DNA of 64,000 nucleotides, taken from the IMG/VR virus record IMGVR_UViG_3300042691_007361, positions 32,001 to 96,000 of that record; one strand, written 5' to 3'. The first letter of the stretch is position 1; each line of letters opens with the position of its first letter. Below are positions 51,001 through 60,070 of the stretch, in pieces. The position numbers and the translations under genes were made by a program. Under the pieces are notes generated by a model. That model searched no databases. It saw nothing but the letters and a program-made list of their open reading frames with translations, and was not told the DNA's origin. Source of the stretch: a virus.

Positions 51001-52245
51001 TCCAGATGACGCTGCTCCACTTCCAGATTTACCTGACCCAGAACCTTTTCCAGAAACAACTTGGATATCATTGATATCTACATCTACTTCATCAGCTGCA
51101 GCTTGTGCAGCAGCTTCTGCTTCAGTTTGTTTCTTTTCTTCTACACCTTGATCAACAGTTCCTTCTTCTGCAGCGTTTACTTCGTCTTTTATCTCCTCTT
51201 CTTTGTTTATAATTTCCTGCTTGATTGTATTCTCAGCAGTTTGAGGATTGTTTACTACATCATCTGCAAATGTAATTGAGTACTCTTTTGGTCTACCAAA
51301 TAAACCTGTTCTACGTACATCTATATTAGCCATCTTTGGTCCTCTATAGTAGCTACCGTCTGCAGGCATCTGACCTTGTCCAAAAGCTCCAACTAAATCT
51401 GTATAATCATATGCTCCAGGAAGCATTGGACCACCAGGCATACCTGCAAAACCAATAGGAAGTTGACCAACCATACGGTTCATTCTCCTATTCATTCTTC
51501 TCATCTGACCTCTACGCATACCTCCAAACTGTGCATAGTCCATATCTTGTTCTTGATAATATGACTCATCACCACCAATTGGAGTAGTAAGCATTTTGTA
51601 CATTTCTTCAGCATCTTGTTTTGCAAGATTGAGAGAACCATCCGTTTCAACAGCTGTAGTAAATGCAGCTAGCCCATCTTTTCTTTTATTGTCTGGATCA
51701 GTTGAATCTACTCTTGATTGTTGAGAGTCACCTCCCATTTGTTTCTTTACTTGCTTAAGTACATTTTTTACAAATGTTCTTTTAGAAGGTACACCACCAT
51801 TTCTTTCTATAATTTGACTAGCTGCCTCTGTGTCATCACTATAGTCAGGTTCATTATAGTCAGCATACATTTGTTGCATTGCATCACTACGTGCTTCTTC
51901 TTCTGCACGCTCTAAAGCAGATTGCTCTTCAGCAACTGAAGAATCAATAGCAGCTTCATCAGCTGTAATATCTGCATACGCATCTTCATCTGCAGTAGTA
52001 AGTGACTCATTAAGATACTGCTGATCATTTACAAACTCTTGTGTATTATTAGATATTAGTGTTACTGTATCTTCATCAACACCAATTTGTCTAAGTGCAT
52101 TTTCAGCATCTTCAATAGAAGAACCTGGCTCAGAAAGAGCCGTCATGTATATTGATGTAAGCTGATCAGGAGTAAACTGTGCAGACTGCTGACCTCCTGC
52201 TGCAAACTTATTTGTTGGTTTATATATTCTTACTCTTTTCTTCAT
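48007..52245 (-). CDS. Putative internal virion protein (1412 aa), low complexity, many xxxGG motifs
   Basis: Long ORF rich in G, Q and P, Cys-free. Confidence 0.65.
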   Translation of the reverse strand: MKKRVRIYKPTNKFAAGGQQSAQFTPDQLTSIYMTALSEPGSSIEDAENALRQIGVDEDTVTLISNNTQEFVNDQQYLNESLTTADEDAYADITADEAAIDSSVAEEQSALERAEEEARSDAMQQMYADYNEPDYSDDTEAASQIIERNGGVPSKRTFVKNVLKQVKKQMGGDSQQSRVDSTDPDNKRKDGLAAFTTAVETDGSLNLAKQDAEEMYKMLTTPIGGDESYYQEQDMDYAQFGGMRRGQMRRMNRRMNRMVGQLPIGFAGMPGGPMLPGAYDYTDLVGAFGQGQMPADGSYYRGPKMANIDVRRTGLFGRPKEYSITFADDVVNNPQTAENTIKQEIINKEEEIKDEVNAAEEGTVDQGVEEKKQTEAEAAAQAAADEVDVDINDIQVVSGKGSGSGKSGSGAASSGAGAGTEEYAPSKASPSFKGFWKGYDPSSVRFAGQDKSRAYIQRGNKWFVSPNFTTKDKKNVQWYEVSDPNRVKNIERSTKPSMAQLAPGSTYTMSDANPGPMATGRSSAPVYGSQGVPLNQYITSKEFLNSVGNDIKGALNPENLRGFVQPTNMNVPVSRTAPRQTIGLGEKFQGGGFTDQDSGLYKFLYGGDDQGDLTGDPYFAYGGYLPKAQPGMITISDNNGNTKLVNQQDAETWNEARSGTPDISLTDLSFASDRPIINRQPIRDNFNPQPGEQGYMGYGYGPAFRTKQKGMPYMTGSNQTYTGALDNAKLKNIDVKKTKAFGPYKGMPKKYTVNYQVERDPLSKRLNFTDAGMTLDGRSMDQVAPTRQGLFNRSQSSGMSGRRSDTAIDSQFGPLAWLGSKLRPFESKADKVSGMPHDKWDENYKKIYGYYPDESPYATTPDSTFAFNQSTPAVDTEFPEIQNAGTFSDMAGYSLPTRGAQAIQGNEDELIPQRPVESPIGSLPTRSAQPLLLPSQTRLAPGQTGPMYYDQASEEDAAALAQQQREQDLRGSGLGLLGLPTAQDEYMQQVGDQGAYDLQQAELQRMMEQNPDFYGQQQYNWEPGQELLGSASTPVLTPQEAAARQQQVIAQQRAEAQRRAAAQANTTQRNLGQKIQEYGNKTVPTKSNKPVEQEQAKPIVSKKNVEQNNSSNLTPTEKAKEQNRQGAAWRELMDLKQNAMGDEPAVFKDTYKNYKIDPAIDRSMRLLKTSKQRLDYIKSIQNRDLRNALLYKYAKDGGYMAYGGTMTMPKAYTGYDNDLDEDTPVNYDPRFRAQQRQFDLGSSELDNPFVYSGQNQLTNEKSGVKMGTEGSYVNEGVVPKEDLTDFSQRKEYDDVSVDYNTKGDWDANAAKRRLLMDWTNAAGNTIAGWFDSPRQDKSWRNEDAQASIDKGWIITNSGLETPDMGQRQSVKYGGNIYQQGGPVYDNEIGEYMWMTPEMIQKFLEDGGELEYV

Positions 52246-52261
52246 GATAGGGTATATAATA

Positions 52262-52293
52262 TAAATATAGTAAAATCTATGTTAATCAGTAAA
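52262..52293 (-). promoter_or_regulatory. Putative promoter TTTA-N20-TATATTTA
   Basis: Intergenic, with geometry shared by two other sites. Confidence 0.55.
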
Positions 52294-52303
52294 CTTTATA
52301 AGT

Positions 52304-54763
52304 TTAGTCAAGATCTTCAATGATATAACCTTGTGCCTCTAATTCTCTTCTTCTTTCATCATCAATCTCCTCTTCCCAAACATCACCACCTTCTTGTCTT
52401 CCAGTCAATATTCTTGCTGCTGGGAATATACTTCTAAAACCTTCATAATCACCTTTATTAAGTTTACTTATATTATCAGCAAAAAATGCTGCTGCTGCAG
52501 GATTAGATGCATATAATGCTCTACCTGCTGGTCCAAACACTGGAGCTAAACCTAAACCTGCATTGCCATATTGATATCCAATATTTTTTAAATCCTCATA
52601 CTTTTGTTCCCAAGGTTTATCACTTGTAGCGGCAGCTACGGCATTTGATAATGATGGTGCATCTTTTAAAGCTACTCCTGTTCTTAGAACAGTTGCATTT
52701 CTTAATACATCAGCAACAGAAAAATTTCTTGCATTACCAATACTTCTTTGATTATTTAATAAAGGTCCTGCCACAGGTTTGCTTATACTAATTGGTAATG
52801 GTCTAGATAGTGTAGGTTTACTTGCTGTTAAAGCAAATCTAGGTTTATCAAGAAAGTTTACAACACCTTGTGATTTTTCTTGTAATCCTTGTAAACCTGC
52901 TTTTCCCATTTCAGTTAGTTGAACTTTTGGTATTATCTTTCCTGGTGTTTTTGAAAGACGTGCTATAGGTGAATAGTCTAACATATTTAATCCTATGTTA
53001 CGTAAACCTTCTCCTACTGGTGTCTTTCCAGCAATCATTCTGTCTACTATACGTAATGAACTTGGATCATCTGGTCCTCCAAATCCTAGATCTCTTGCTG
53101 CACCTGAAGCTGGAAAATAAGCTTTGGCTAAATTTCCATATGTAGCTCCAGAATACTTTGATAAGAATGGAAGACTTGCTTTACTAAGAGCATTAACTCC
53201 TTGAGCTCCTGCACCAAGCCCTGTTCCTGATGCTATAGCTAATGCTAAATTTCCAGCTCCGCTAGCAACGTTACCTTTTGTAAAATCAACACCTGCTTTA
53301 GAAGCATATCTTAATGGATTATAATCATTAAGCCAAGGCAGCGCACCTTCAACACCATAACCTAATGCTCTATCATAGAATCTAGAATCCTCATATTCTT
53401 CTGGATTAAGTGATCTATAACCTTGACCCATCAAACTTCTTTTACCTTCCAAAGTTCTCATGATTTGACCAGGTGCATCTGTTGTAAATGCTTGAAGTTC
53501 ATTTAAAGCTCTATCAAAGTAATTTGCATTTTGATAAGCTTTTTCTTCACCTCTCTTCCAAATTCTGTATTCAGCGTCCTCAATATCTTCAAGTGCATTA
53601 GGATCACTGTATATCTTATTTAACAGCATTTGATTCATATCAGTATCTCCTGTCTGATCAAAATACCTGTTACCAAGTGTTTCTGCTGCAACTCCTCTAT
53701 TTACTTTATTAGCAACAAAGTCTTCTATTGCTTTTTTATCTTCTAGTGGTGTAGAGCTTACGGGTACATCAATTTTATTAGGTGTTACATATGTAGATGA
53801 TCCTGGTCCAGCTCCTGTAGCTTTGTTTAAAGCTGCTCTTTCTTGATTTGCTATCCTTTGTGCTTTAGCCTTATCTGATGTTTGCTTTATATTTTGAACT
53901 ACTTGGTTTGGTGCAGTTTTTTGTTGTTGCTTAGCTCCTTGAAGTCTGTAACCTGCTTCTTGTAATAATCTATCATAGCGTTTAGTTATTTCTGCTTTTT
54001 GTGCTGCAGTTTTTGCATATGACAATTCTTTTGTTTTAGCTTCTTGTAAACCTTTGACTTCATCTTCAGAAACTCTTGTTCCTGTATTTAATCCTACCTG
54101 TGCTTTTTGTAACATACCAATAGACTCTCCATATGTCCAATCACGGAGAACTTGTCTACGTTTATCTATATCAGTACTAAAGTCACCACCATTTGCATAA
54201 TACTTAGAGTCTGGATCAAAGACTTTTCTTTTCTTAGACTTAGTCTTTTTAAGCAGTGGATTTTTTGTAAATAATTTATTTGTTGCTTGTAAACTTCTTG
54301 AGTATCCTTTTGATCCTTTTTTCTTTGGCATACTTGGTAGTTCCTGTACAACATACCCACCTTTTTTTAACTCTGCAATTTCTTCATCACTAAGATCATA
54401 CTCTCCACCATCTTCATAATCAGTCAAGTCTGGTATAGATATATCACCACCATATGCAGCCATAGGAAATTCATCTACATACTCTGATCCTCCAAACCTA
54501 TGGTTTCTTGTATCTCCTGCAGCAACAAATCTTTTTTCTCCATCAGATCCAACAGCAATTATATTCTGATCAGTTGGGTTATATATAGTATTACTTGGAA
54601 TTCTATAATGCGTTCCTGCTGGCGGAGGTCCTTGTTTATAACCTTCATTAGATATAAATGGAAGTAACTTATTGTTATTAACAATTCTATCTTTCTTTTT
54701 TGCTGGAGCTTTAGTACTGTTCAAGTTCTTTGTAGCTTCAGAGAGTACTTTCTTATTATACAT
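52304..54763 (-). CDS. Putative internal virion protein (819 aa) with xxxGG motifs and Gly/Ala hydrophobic segments
   Basis: MAAYGG, YEDGG, YANGG and RQEGG, plus GAGNLALAIASGTGLGAGA. Confidence 0.65.
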   Translation of the reverse strand: MYNKKVLSEATKNLNSTKAPAKKKDRIVNNNKLLPFISNEGYKQGPPPAGTHYRIPSNTIYNPTDQNIIAVGSDGEKRFVAAGDTRNHRFGGSEYVDEFPMAAYGGDISIPDLTDYEDGGEYDLSDEEIAELKKGGYVVQELPSMPKKKGSKGYSRSLQATNKLFTKNPLLKKTKSKKRKVFDPDSKYYANGGDFSTDIDKRRQVLRDWTYGESIGMLQKAQVGLNTGTRVSEDEVKGLQEAKTKELSYAKTAAQKAEITKRYDRLLQEAGYRLQGAKQQQKTAPNQVVQNIKQTSDKAKAQRIANQERAALNKATGAGPGSSTYVTPNKIDVPVSSTPLEDKKAIEDFVANKVNRGVAAETLGNRYFDQTGDTDMNQMLLNKIYSDPNALEDIEDAEYRIWKRGEEKAYQNANYFDRALNELQAFTTDAPGQIMRTLEGKRSLMGQGYRSLNPEEYEDSRFYDRALGYGVEGALPWLNDYNPLRYASKAGVDFTKGNVASGAGNLALAIASGTGLGAGAQGVNALSKASLPFLSKYSGATYGNLAKAYFPASGAARDLGFGGPDDPSSLRIVDRMIAGKTPVGEGLRNIGLNMLDYSPIARLSKTPGKIIPKVQLTEMGKAGLQGLQEKSQGVVNFLDKPRFALTASKPTLSRPLPISISKPVAGPLLNNQRSIGNARNFSVADVLRNATVLRTGVALKDAPSLSNAVAAATSDKPWEQKYEDLKNIGYQYGNAGLGLAPVFGPAGRALYASNPAAAAFFADNISKLNKGDYEGFRSIFPAARILTGRQEGGDVWEEEIDDERRRELEAQGYIIEDLD

Positions 54764-57700
54764 TACCTTGGAGAATAAACTTGTTTAGCATTGGTTAATT
54801 TCAAAATCATATCAACATCACCTACAATATCCTTTCTAAGTACAAGATAGTTAAGGTAGTGTCTGAACTTCTTGCGTTGTAATTCAGATTTATTGTAGTC
54901 TAAGTTAGCTGGATTCAGGTCTCTAATATAACCATTTGGTTGCGTTATCCAAATTCTTTCATCAGCTCTTGGTCCATCAAGTATTGTTGTTCCTGGAATT
55001 ACAGGACCTGTTGGAGGATAATTTGACCCTACAGGAAACTCACCACGGTCTCTTGTTATATCCCAGAATTGATTAAATCTATACTTGTTTTCCTCTTTAG
55101 AATACAAAATACTAATTGAGTTCGGATTAATAATTGGATACTCTTGAGCTAATGTAATATTATTCTTAGGGAATATGTTAAGATGCATATGCCCAGATAC
55201 TTGCTCTGAGTTATAAATAAACGCATGATCAAAGTTTTGATCAAGTATATGGAATTGATCAATACAATCGTATCTTCTATAAGCTTCTAATATATATTCT
55301 ACACTTCTCAATGTTGTTACTGTTTGACCCGTTGTAATAGGAAGTTCTATTTCCATTACTGCAGGTGTATCATAGAAATTACAGAATTGTGTACAAGCAT
55401 CATTATGTACCCATATTGAATCATCTTTAACACTCAAGAAAGTATTCTTACTTGGTATTAATAAATCCGGATGCCAGTCATGGAATGATATAAAGAACTT
55501 AGATTTAGGATCAAAGCTTACAGTCCAAGATGCATCATGGAATATTAATGGGTCACCTAATCTAAAGCGTGCTGTTCCATCAACAATAAATACATTTCTA
55601 CATTCATCATATACAGTTCTATCTTTAAACTCATCTTTAAGTTTAAAGTCTTTCTTGCAGAAATAAGCTATAGTATCTCTATTGTTATACATTGATTGAC
55701 AACCAACTCCTGCAACTGGATTATCTAGATGCGGATAATTAGGAAAGTCTTCAATTATCTTGTAAGGTAGATACAATACAAACCACCATTTAAGACCAAG
55801 CTGTGATATCTCATCTAGATCTTGTCCAAACTTAAATATCTTTCCTTGGTTCTGAGATATGTAGAACATTCCTGCCGGTGTAGCAATTACACTGTTTCTA
55901 CTTTGACATGATCCATACTCATACGGGTTATCTGCAATTGACACACTCTGTGGTGTTTGATCAAATAGACCTCCATCACCTAGAGTAACTTTAACACCGG
56001 CTTCAGTTTGTAACTGATCAACACCCTGGAACAACTGTGGACTAGAGTTCTTGAATGTAATAAATATACCCGTCCTTGCAAAGTTCTTAACTCCGGAGAT
56101 CTGATCTTTAAACTCCTTATAGTTATTAGCTAGATAAATAAACCAAGAGTCTTTTGCAGATTCAAATCCTTGAGGTAAAGAATATATAATTCTATCTGGT
56201 CTATATGTGAAACATAGACTAGATACTTGTGGATCATAATATCTTGACTGAAGGTTACCTTGTGAAAAATACTGAGTATATAACTTACCAATACTTAATG
56301 AGTAATCATAAGCATAGTAGTTACCTCTTGTTATTTGATCAGGGTTGATATTAAACATTACAGGTAAATCTGTAAAGCTATATGGGTTATAGAACTTTTG
56401 ATATATCTCCGGTCCAGCTTCTCTATAATCAACAAGTACTTCACTCTCAACAAAGAAATCTCTAACTGAAGACGCAGCTAAATAAAAGTATGCTTCTCTA
56501 ATACCCATATTAAATAATCCTGCATAGTCACCCTCATTATCATTAGAGTAATTATAGCTACTGTTGTCTAATTGATAAAATGCTCTTGGAAACCATCCTG
56601 TGCCAGGAGGAGGGTTAAAGTCTGGACTAAATAGATCAGTAGTTTCATATCTCTGACTATTCATCCAAAATCTTGGTTCAGGTAACATCTGACGTATAAA
56701 ATAATTATACTCATAACCATCAGGTTGACCATATAACCAATCATTGAAGAAGAACATATTATTCTTTTCAGTATATCTATTAACGTATGTATCACCATTA
56801 AATAAAACTGGAGTTTTAACAATCTTATGTTCTACTTTTACTGTTGTGCGTGTACCATCACATTTAATTTGTATACAAGTAGCTCCTGTTTTCTTTGGCT
56901 TAATTGTAGCTAAATTAATTTTTTGTTCACAAGGTGTAATAGGTACTTGCTTGATACTATCTAGTTGACCATATTGATTTCTTAGTCTTACTTTGATAGC
57001 ACCATAGTGACTTGCTATTTTTGCATTAAATACACTAGTTTTATTTGTATCATCAAACTCAACTTTTCCTAAACCATTATTACGTGCTGTACCAATAGTT
57101 AATAATGATTGATCATAGTAACCAGTACTTCCACTGCCAGTAATAAAATATGGTCCGGTATCTAAACCTGCACCACTTGTTGTTCTAAGCAATACAGTTC
57201 TTTGTCTCTTAAGATTATTTACTCTATAGAGATTATTGTTCCAAGGCTTAAGATCTTGTACATTATCATTAAGATAAAGCTCATCACCAATTTTAAATCT
57301 GTAAAGCTGCGTTTGCACTAAAGCAGAAAAATCACTATAGTATCCATGAGCAAGCATCTGCAATGCATATTGTCTATAAGGTATGATTGCATATATTGTT
57401 CTTAATGCAAGTTCTGCACCTTGACTAAAATAAAAGAGAGTTTGAGTAATTGCAGTTATAGTACCTAGCAGTCTACTTGTTGAGTTAGTAACTGTATATG
57501 AAGGTGCCGTATATGTATTACCCGCTTTCCTATATGTGTTATATATTGCATCAAGCCCTGTATAATTAGTAAATGCATCAGCAATTCCTGTTGAAGAACT
57601 ATAATATGCAGCTAATGCAGCATTGTAAGTACTTGTTGCATTTAAAAATGGCAATCCAATAAATGCTTGTGATCCATTAAAATTTGCATTATATGCTTGA

Positions 57701-60069
57701 TTACTTATTGCATTAATTGTTGTACCGCCTTGTACCCATGTTTGAGGAATTCCATATACTTTATTATATGAACCGCCATAATCAGTAAATGATACATCAC
57801 CTCCAATACTTAACAATGCTTCTAATGCCCCAGCCAATATCATAACAGTAATAACATTATTACTGATAAGTTTGTTTTTTGGATGCTGGTCAGGTTCAAT
57901 AAAGTATTGTTCACTTAATCCAGATAAAACTCCATAAAGTTTAAGCTCTACAGTATCAAGATATGGATTTCTAAAGTTTGTATCCGGTGAATGAAATGTA
58001 TTCATGAATGTTGGTATATCATTCTTGGTAACATTTACTCTATCATCATCATTATCAGTAACTACTATGTACGGATCATTTGCTTGGTTACCTGTATTTA
58101 AGTCACCACCACTTGCTGGGTTAAGTGGCACAATAGTATTAAATGGATAGTTAGGATAAAGACCTTTTCTATTTGCATTACCTGGTCCTTTAATATTATA
58201 TGGACGCAGGTTGTTTAACATACCTTTTGCAATAACAGTCTTATTACCTTCTCTTGATCCTCTTAGTATTTCATAACCTACAATACCTTTAATATCATTT
58301 CCTTCATTATCTTTTGGACAAATAATATTATCAAACTCAACTCCTAATAATCTTATAGTAGTTTGTTTTGTTGCAGGATTTGTATAAAAGTGATTTGTTA
58401 GTTGACTATTACTAGTTATGTTATCTGGAAACTTGTGATGTCTTATTGGTTTACCACATAAGTCATAAATATCTGTAGTAACAGCTGTCCAACAAGGAGC
58501 TCCATTATTTGTAGAACTATTCCATACTTCAGGTTTGTTATCTGGGTAATACTCAGTAGATTCCCAATAACCCATTTGACCACGCGCAATAACCTTACCT
58601 CCATCTTCAAGTATTTCTGGTGGAGATACTACAGTTAGTGTAGCTGTGTTTTGTACTTCAAATACTCTTTCTGGTTCAGTAGGATCTGTAAACAATACAT
58701 TACCGCCTGTAGCAACTGCTAGTTCATTTCCAACTGGTGGTCTTCCTGGAATATGATATGAAGATGATTTATCTCCTGTGTTGTATACCCAACGTATAAA
58801 GAATGAGTAGACCTCATCTCTTAAGTAACTTGGTTTATATCCACCGTTTACATAATAATCAGGATTGTATTCAACAGATACCCATTTAGCTTGTATAAGA
58901 TTTGCTAGTGGCTGATAGTTAAAATCAAACTTACCTGTAGGACCTACTCTTAGTAGATAGTTATTTACCTCAACAATCTGATCAGACTTTTCATATACTG
59001 GAGTTTGTATTGGTAGTTGTTCTATAGGAACACTTATCAAAGACTCAGCAATATTATCTAAATAAATTTTTTGAGTATTAGTTGAATATACACCAATTCT
59101 TTTAGCTACAGTACCTTGATTTATTGTTTGTACAACAACAAGTATAAACTCATCAAAGCTTACATTATCTGCTTCAACAGTTATTTCTAGTGCACCTTGT
59201 AAATTACTTTCAAACCATATTGGTTGAACATTACTTGGAGAAAACCAGTCTGTTACTTTTTCTCCTTTAATACTATATGCTATTGTAGCAAAGTAAGATC
59301 CGTTTCTAAGACTTCCACCAGACTTACCTGGTGCAACATGTAAACATGGTGTCTTCATTAAACGTGCAAGTCTTATCTGATCACAATCTAAACTAGTTGT
59401 GTTCTCACATGTAATACATCCTTGAGGATGACCTGTAGCCCATACATCTGGTTCTGTTTGTGTATAACCTAGTGAATCAGTACACAATTGAATCCACGGA
59501 ACTCCAGGCCATTGTATATTGCTTACACCATTAGAATAAGTATTATTACCTATCCATATATAATCATCTGATGGCCAAGTCTGAGGATCTCCAACATTAA
59601 GATATCTATCAGGATTTAAACCATCATTCCAATAACATGCCCAAGAACAATCTTCTTTTTCTCTTGAGGCACCATAGATTAGATTTAACTCATTAAAGTT
59701 TAAGCAAGGGTCTTGTACAATTGGTCTATACTTACATAAGTCTTCTTCAAATAATCCAATCTCAGAATTAATAGAATTAAGTTGAATATCATTATGTACT
59801 GCAGTAAAAATTAACCATTTATCTGAAAACAAATGAATAGCCCCTACAATAACCTTTCTACCACCTGTAAGTGTAGAGCCAGCAACAGCACATAAATAGT
59901 TTGCAGGTTCTCCTGACAATGTTCCTAAGTTACCTTCAATAGTATTATTAACTACATTTCGCGCATGCGTCCACATGCCTTCTGTCATGAAGGAGCTATC
60001 AGAGTCTTTATTAAGACCTTTAACAAAACTATTAGTTTCTGTTTTTCCTAAATCAATATTCTTAGCCAT
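54763..60069 (-). CDS. Tail stabilisation / muzzle-like protein (1768 aa)
   Basis: N-terminal FVKGLNKD...ARNVV, LRDEVYSF and GYEILR, beta-rich, downstream of the ring-protein genes as in crAss-like tail modules. Confidence 0.7.
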   Translation of the reverse strand: MAKNIDLGKTETNSFVKGLNKDSDSSFMTEGMWTHARNVVNNTIEGNLGTLSGEPANYLCAVAGSTLTGGRKVIVGAIHLFSDKWLIFTAVHNDIQLNSINSEIGLFEEDLCKYRPIVQDPCLNFNELNLIYGASREKEDCSWACYWNDGLNPDRYLNVGDPQTWPSDDYIWIGNNTYSNGVSNIQWPGVPWIQLCTDSLGYTQTEPDVWATGHPQGCITCENTTSLDCDQIRLARLMKTPCLHVAPGKSGGSLRNGSYFATIAYSIKGEKVTDWFSPSNVQPIWFESNLQGALEITVEADNVSFDEFILVVVQTINQGTVAKRIGVYSTNTQKIYLDNIAESLISVPIEQLPIQTPVYEKSDQIVEVNNYLLRVGPTGKFDFNYQPLANLIQAKWVSVEYNPDYYVNGGYKPSYLRDEVYSFFIRWVYNTGDKSSSYHIPGRPPVGNELAVATGGNVLFTDPTEPERVFEVQNTATLTVVSPPEILEDGGKVIARGQMGYWESTEYYPDNKPEVWNSSTNNGAPCWTAVTTDIYDLCGKPIRHHKFPDNITSNSQLTNHFYTNPATKQTTIRLLGVEFDNIICPKDNEGNDIKGIVGYEILRGSREGNKTVIAKGMLNNLRPYNIKGPGNANRKGLYPNYPFNTIVPLNPASGGDLNTGNQANDPYIVVTDNDDDRVNVTKNDIPTFMNTFHSPDTNFRNPYLDTVELKLYGVLSGLSEQYFIEPDQHPKNKLISNNVITVMILAGALEALLSIGGDVSFTDYGGSYNKVYGIPQTWVQGGTTINAISNQAYNANFNGSQAFIGLPFLNATSTYNAALAAYYSSSTGIADAFTNYTGLDAIYNTYRKAGNTYTAPSYTVTNSTSRLLGTITAITQTLFYFSQGAELALRTIYAIIPYRQYALQMLAHGYYSDFSALVQTQLYRFKIGDELYLNDNVQDLKPWNNNLYRVNNLKRQRTVLLRTTSGAGLDTGPYFITGSGSTGYYDQSLLTIGTARNNGLGKVEFDDTNKTSVFNAKIASHYGAIKVRLRNQYGQLDSIKQVPITPCEQKINLATIKPKKTGATCIQIKCDGTRTTVKVEHKIVKTPVLFNGDTYVNRYTEKNNMFFFNDWLYGQPDGYEYNYFIRQMLPEPRFWMNSQRYETTDLFSPDFNPPPGTGWFPRAFYQLDNSSYNYSNDNEGDYAGLFNMGIREAYFYLAASSVRDFFVESEVLVDYREAGPEIYQKFYNPYSFTDLPVMFNINPDQITRGNYYAYDYSLSIGKLYTQYFSQGNLQSRYYDPQVSSLCFTYRPDRIIYSLPQGFESAKDSWFIYLANNYKEFKDQISGVKNFARTGIFITFKNSSPQLFQGVDQLQTEAGVKVTLGDGGLFDQTPQSVSIADNPYEYGSCQSRNSVIATPAGMFYISQNQGKIFKFGQDLDEISQLGLKWWFVLYLPYKIIEDFPNYPHLDNPVAGVGCQSMYNNRDTIAYFCKKDFKLKDEFKDRTVYDECRNVFIVDGTARFRLGDPLIFHDASWTVSFDPKSKFFISFHDWHPDLLIPSKNTFLSVKDDSIWVHNDACTQFCNFYDTPAVMEIELPITTGQTVTTLRSVEYILEAYRRYDCIDQFHILDQNFDHAFIYNSEQVSGHMHLNIFPKNNITLAQEYPIINPNSISILYSKEENKYRFNQFWDITRDRGEFPVGSNYPPTGPVIPGTTILDGPRADERIWITQPNGYIRDLNPANLDYNKSELQRKKFRHYLNYLVLRKDIVGDVDMILKLTNAKQVYSPR

Positions 60070-60070
60070 C

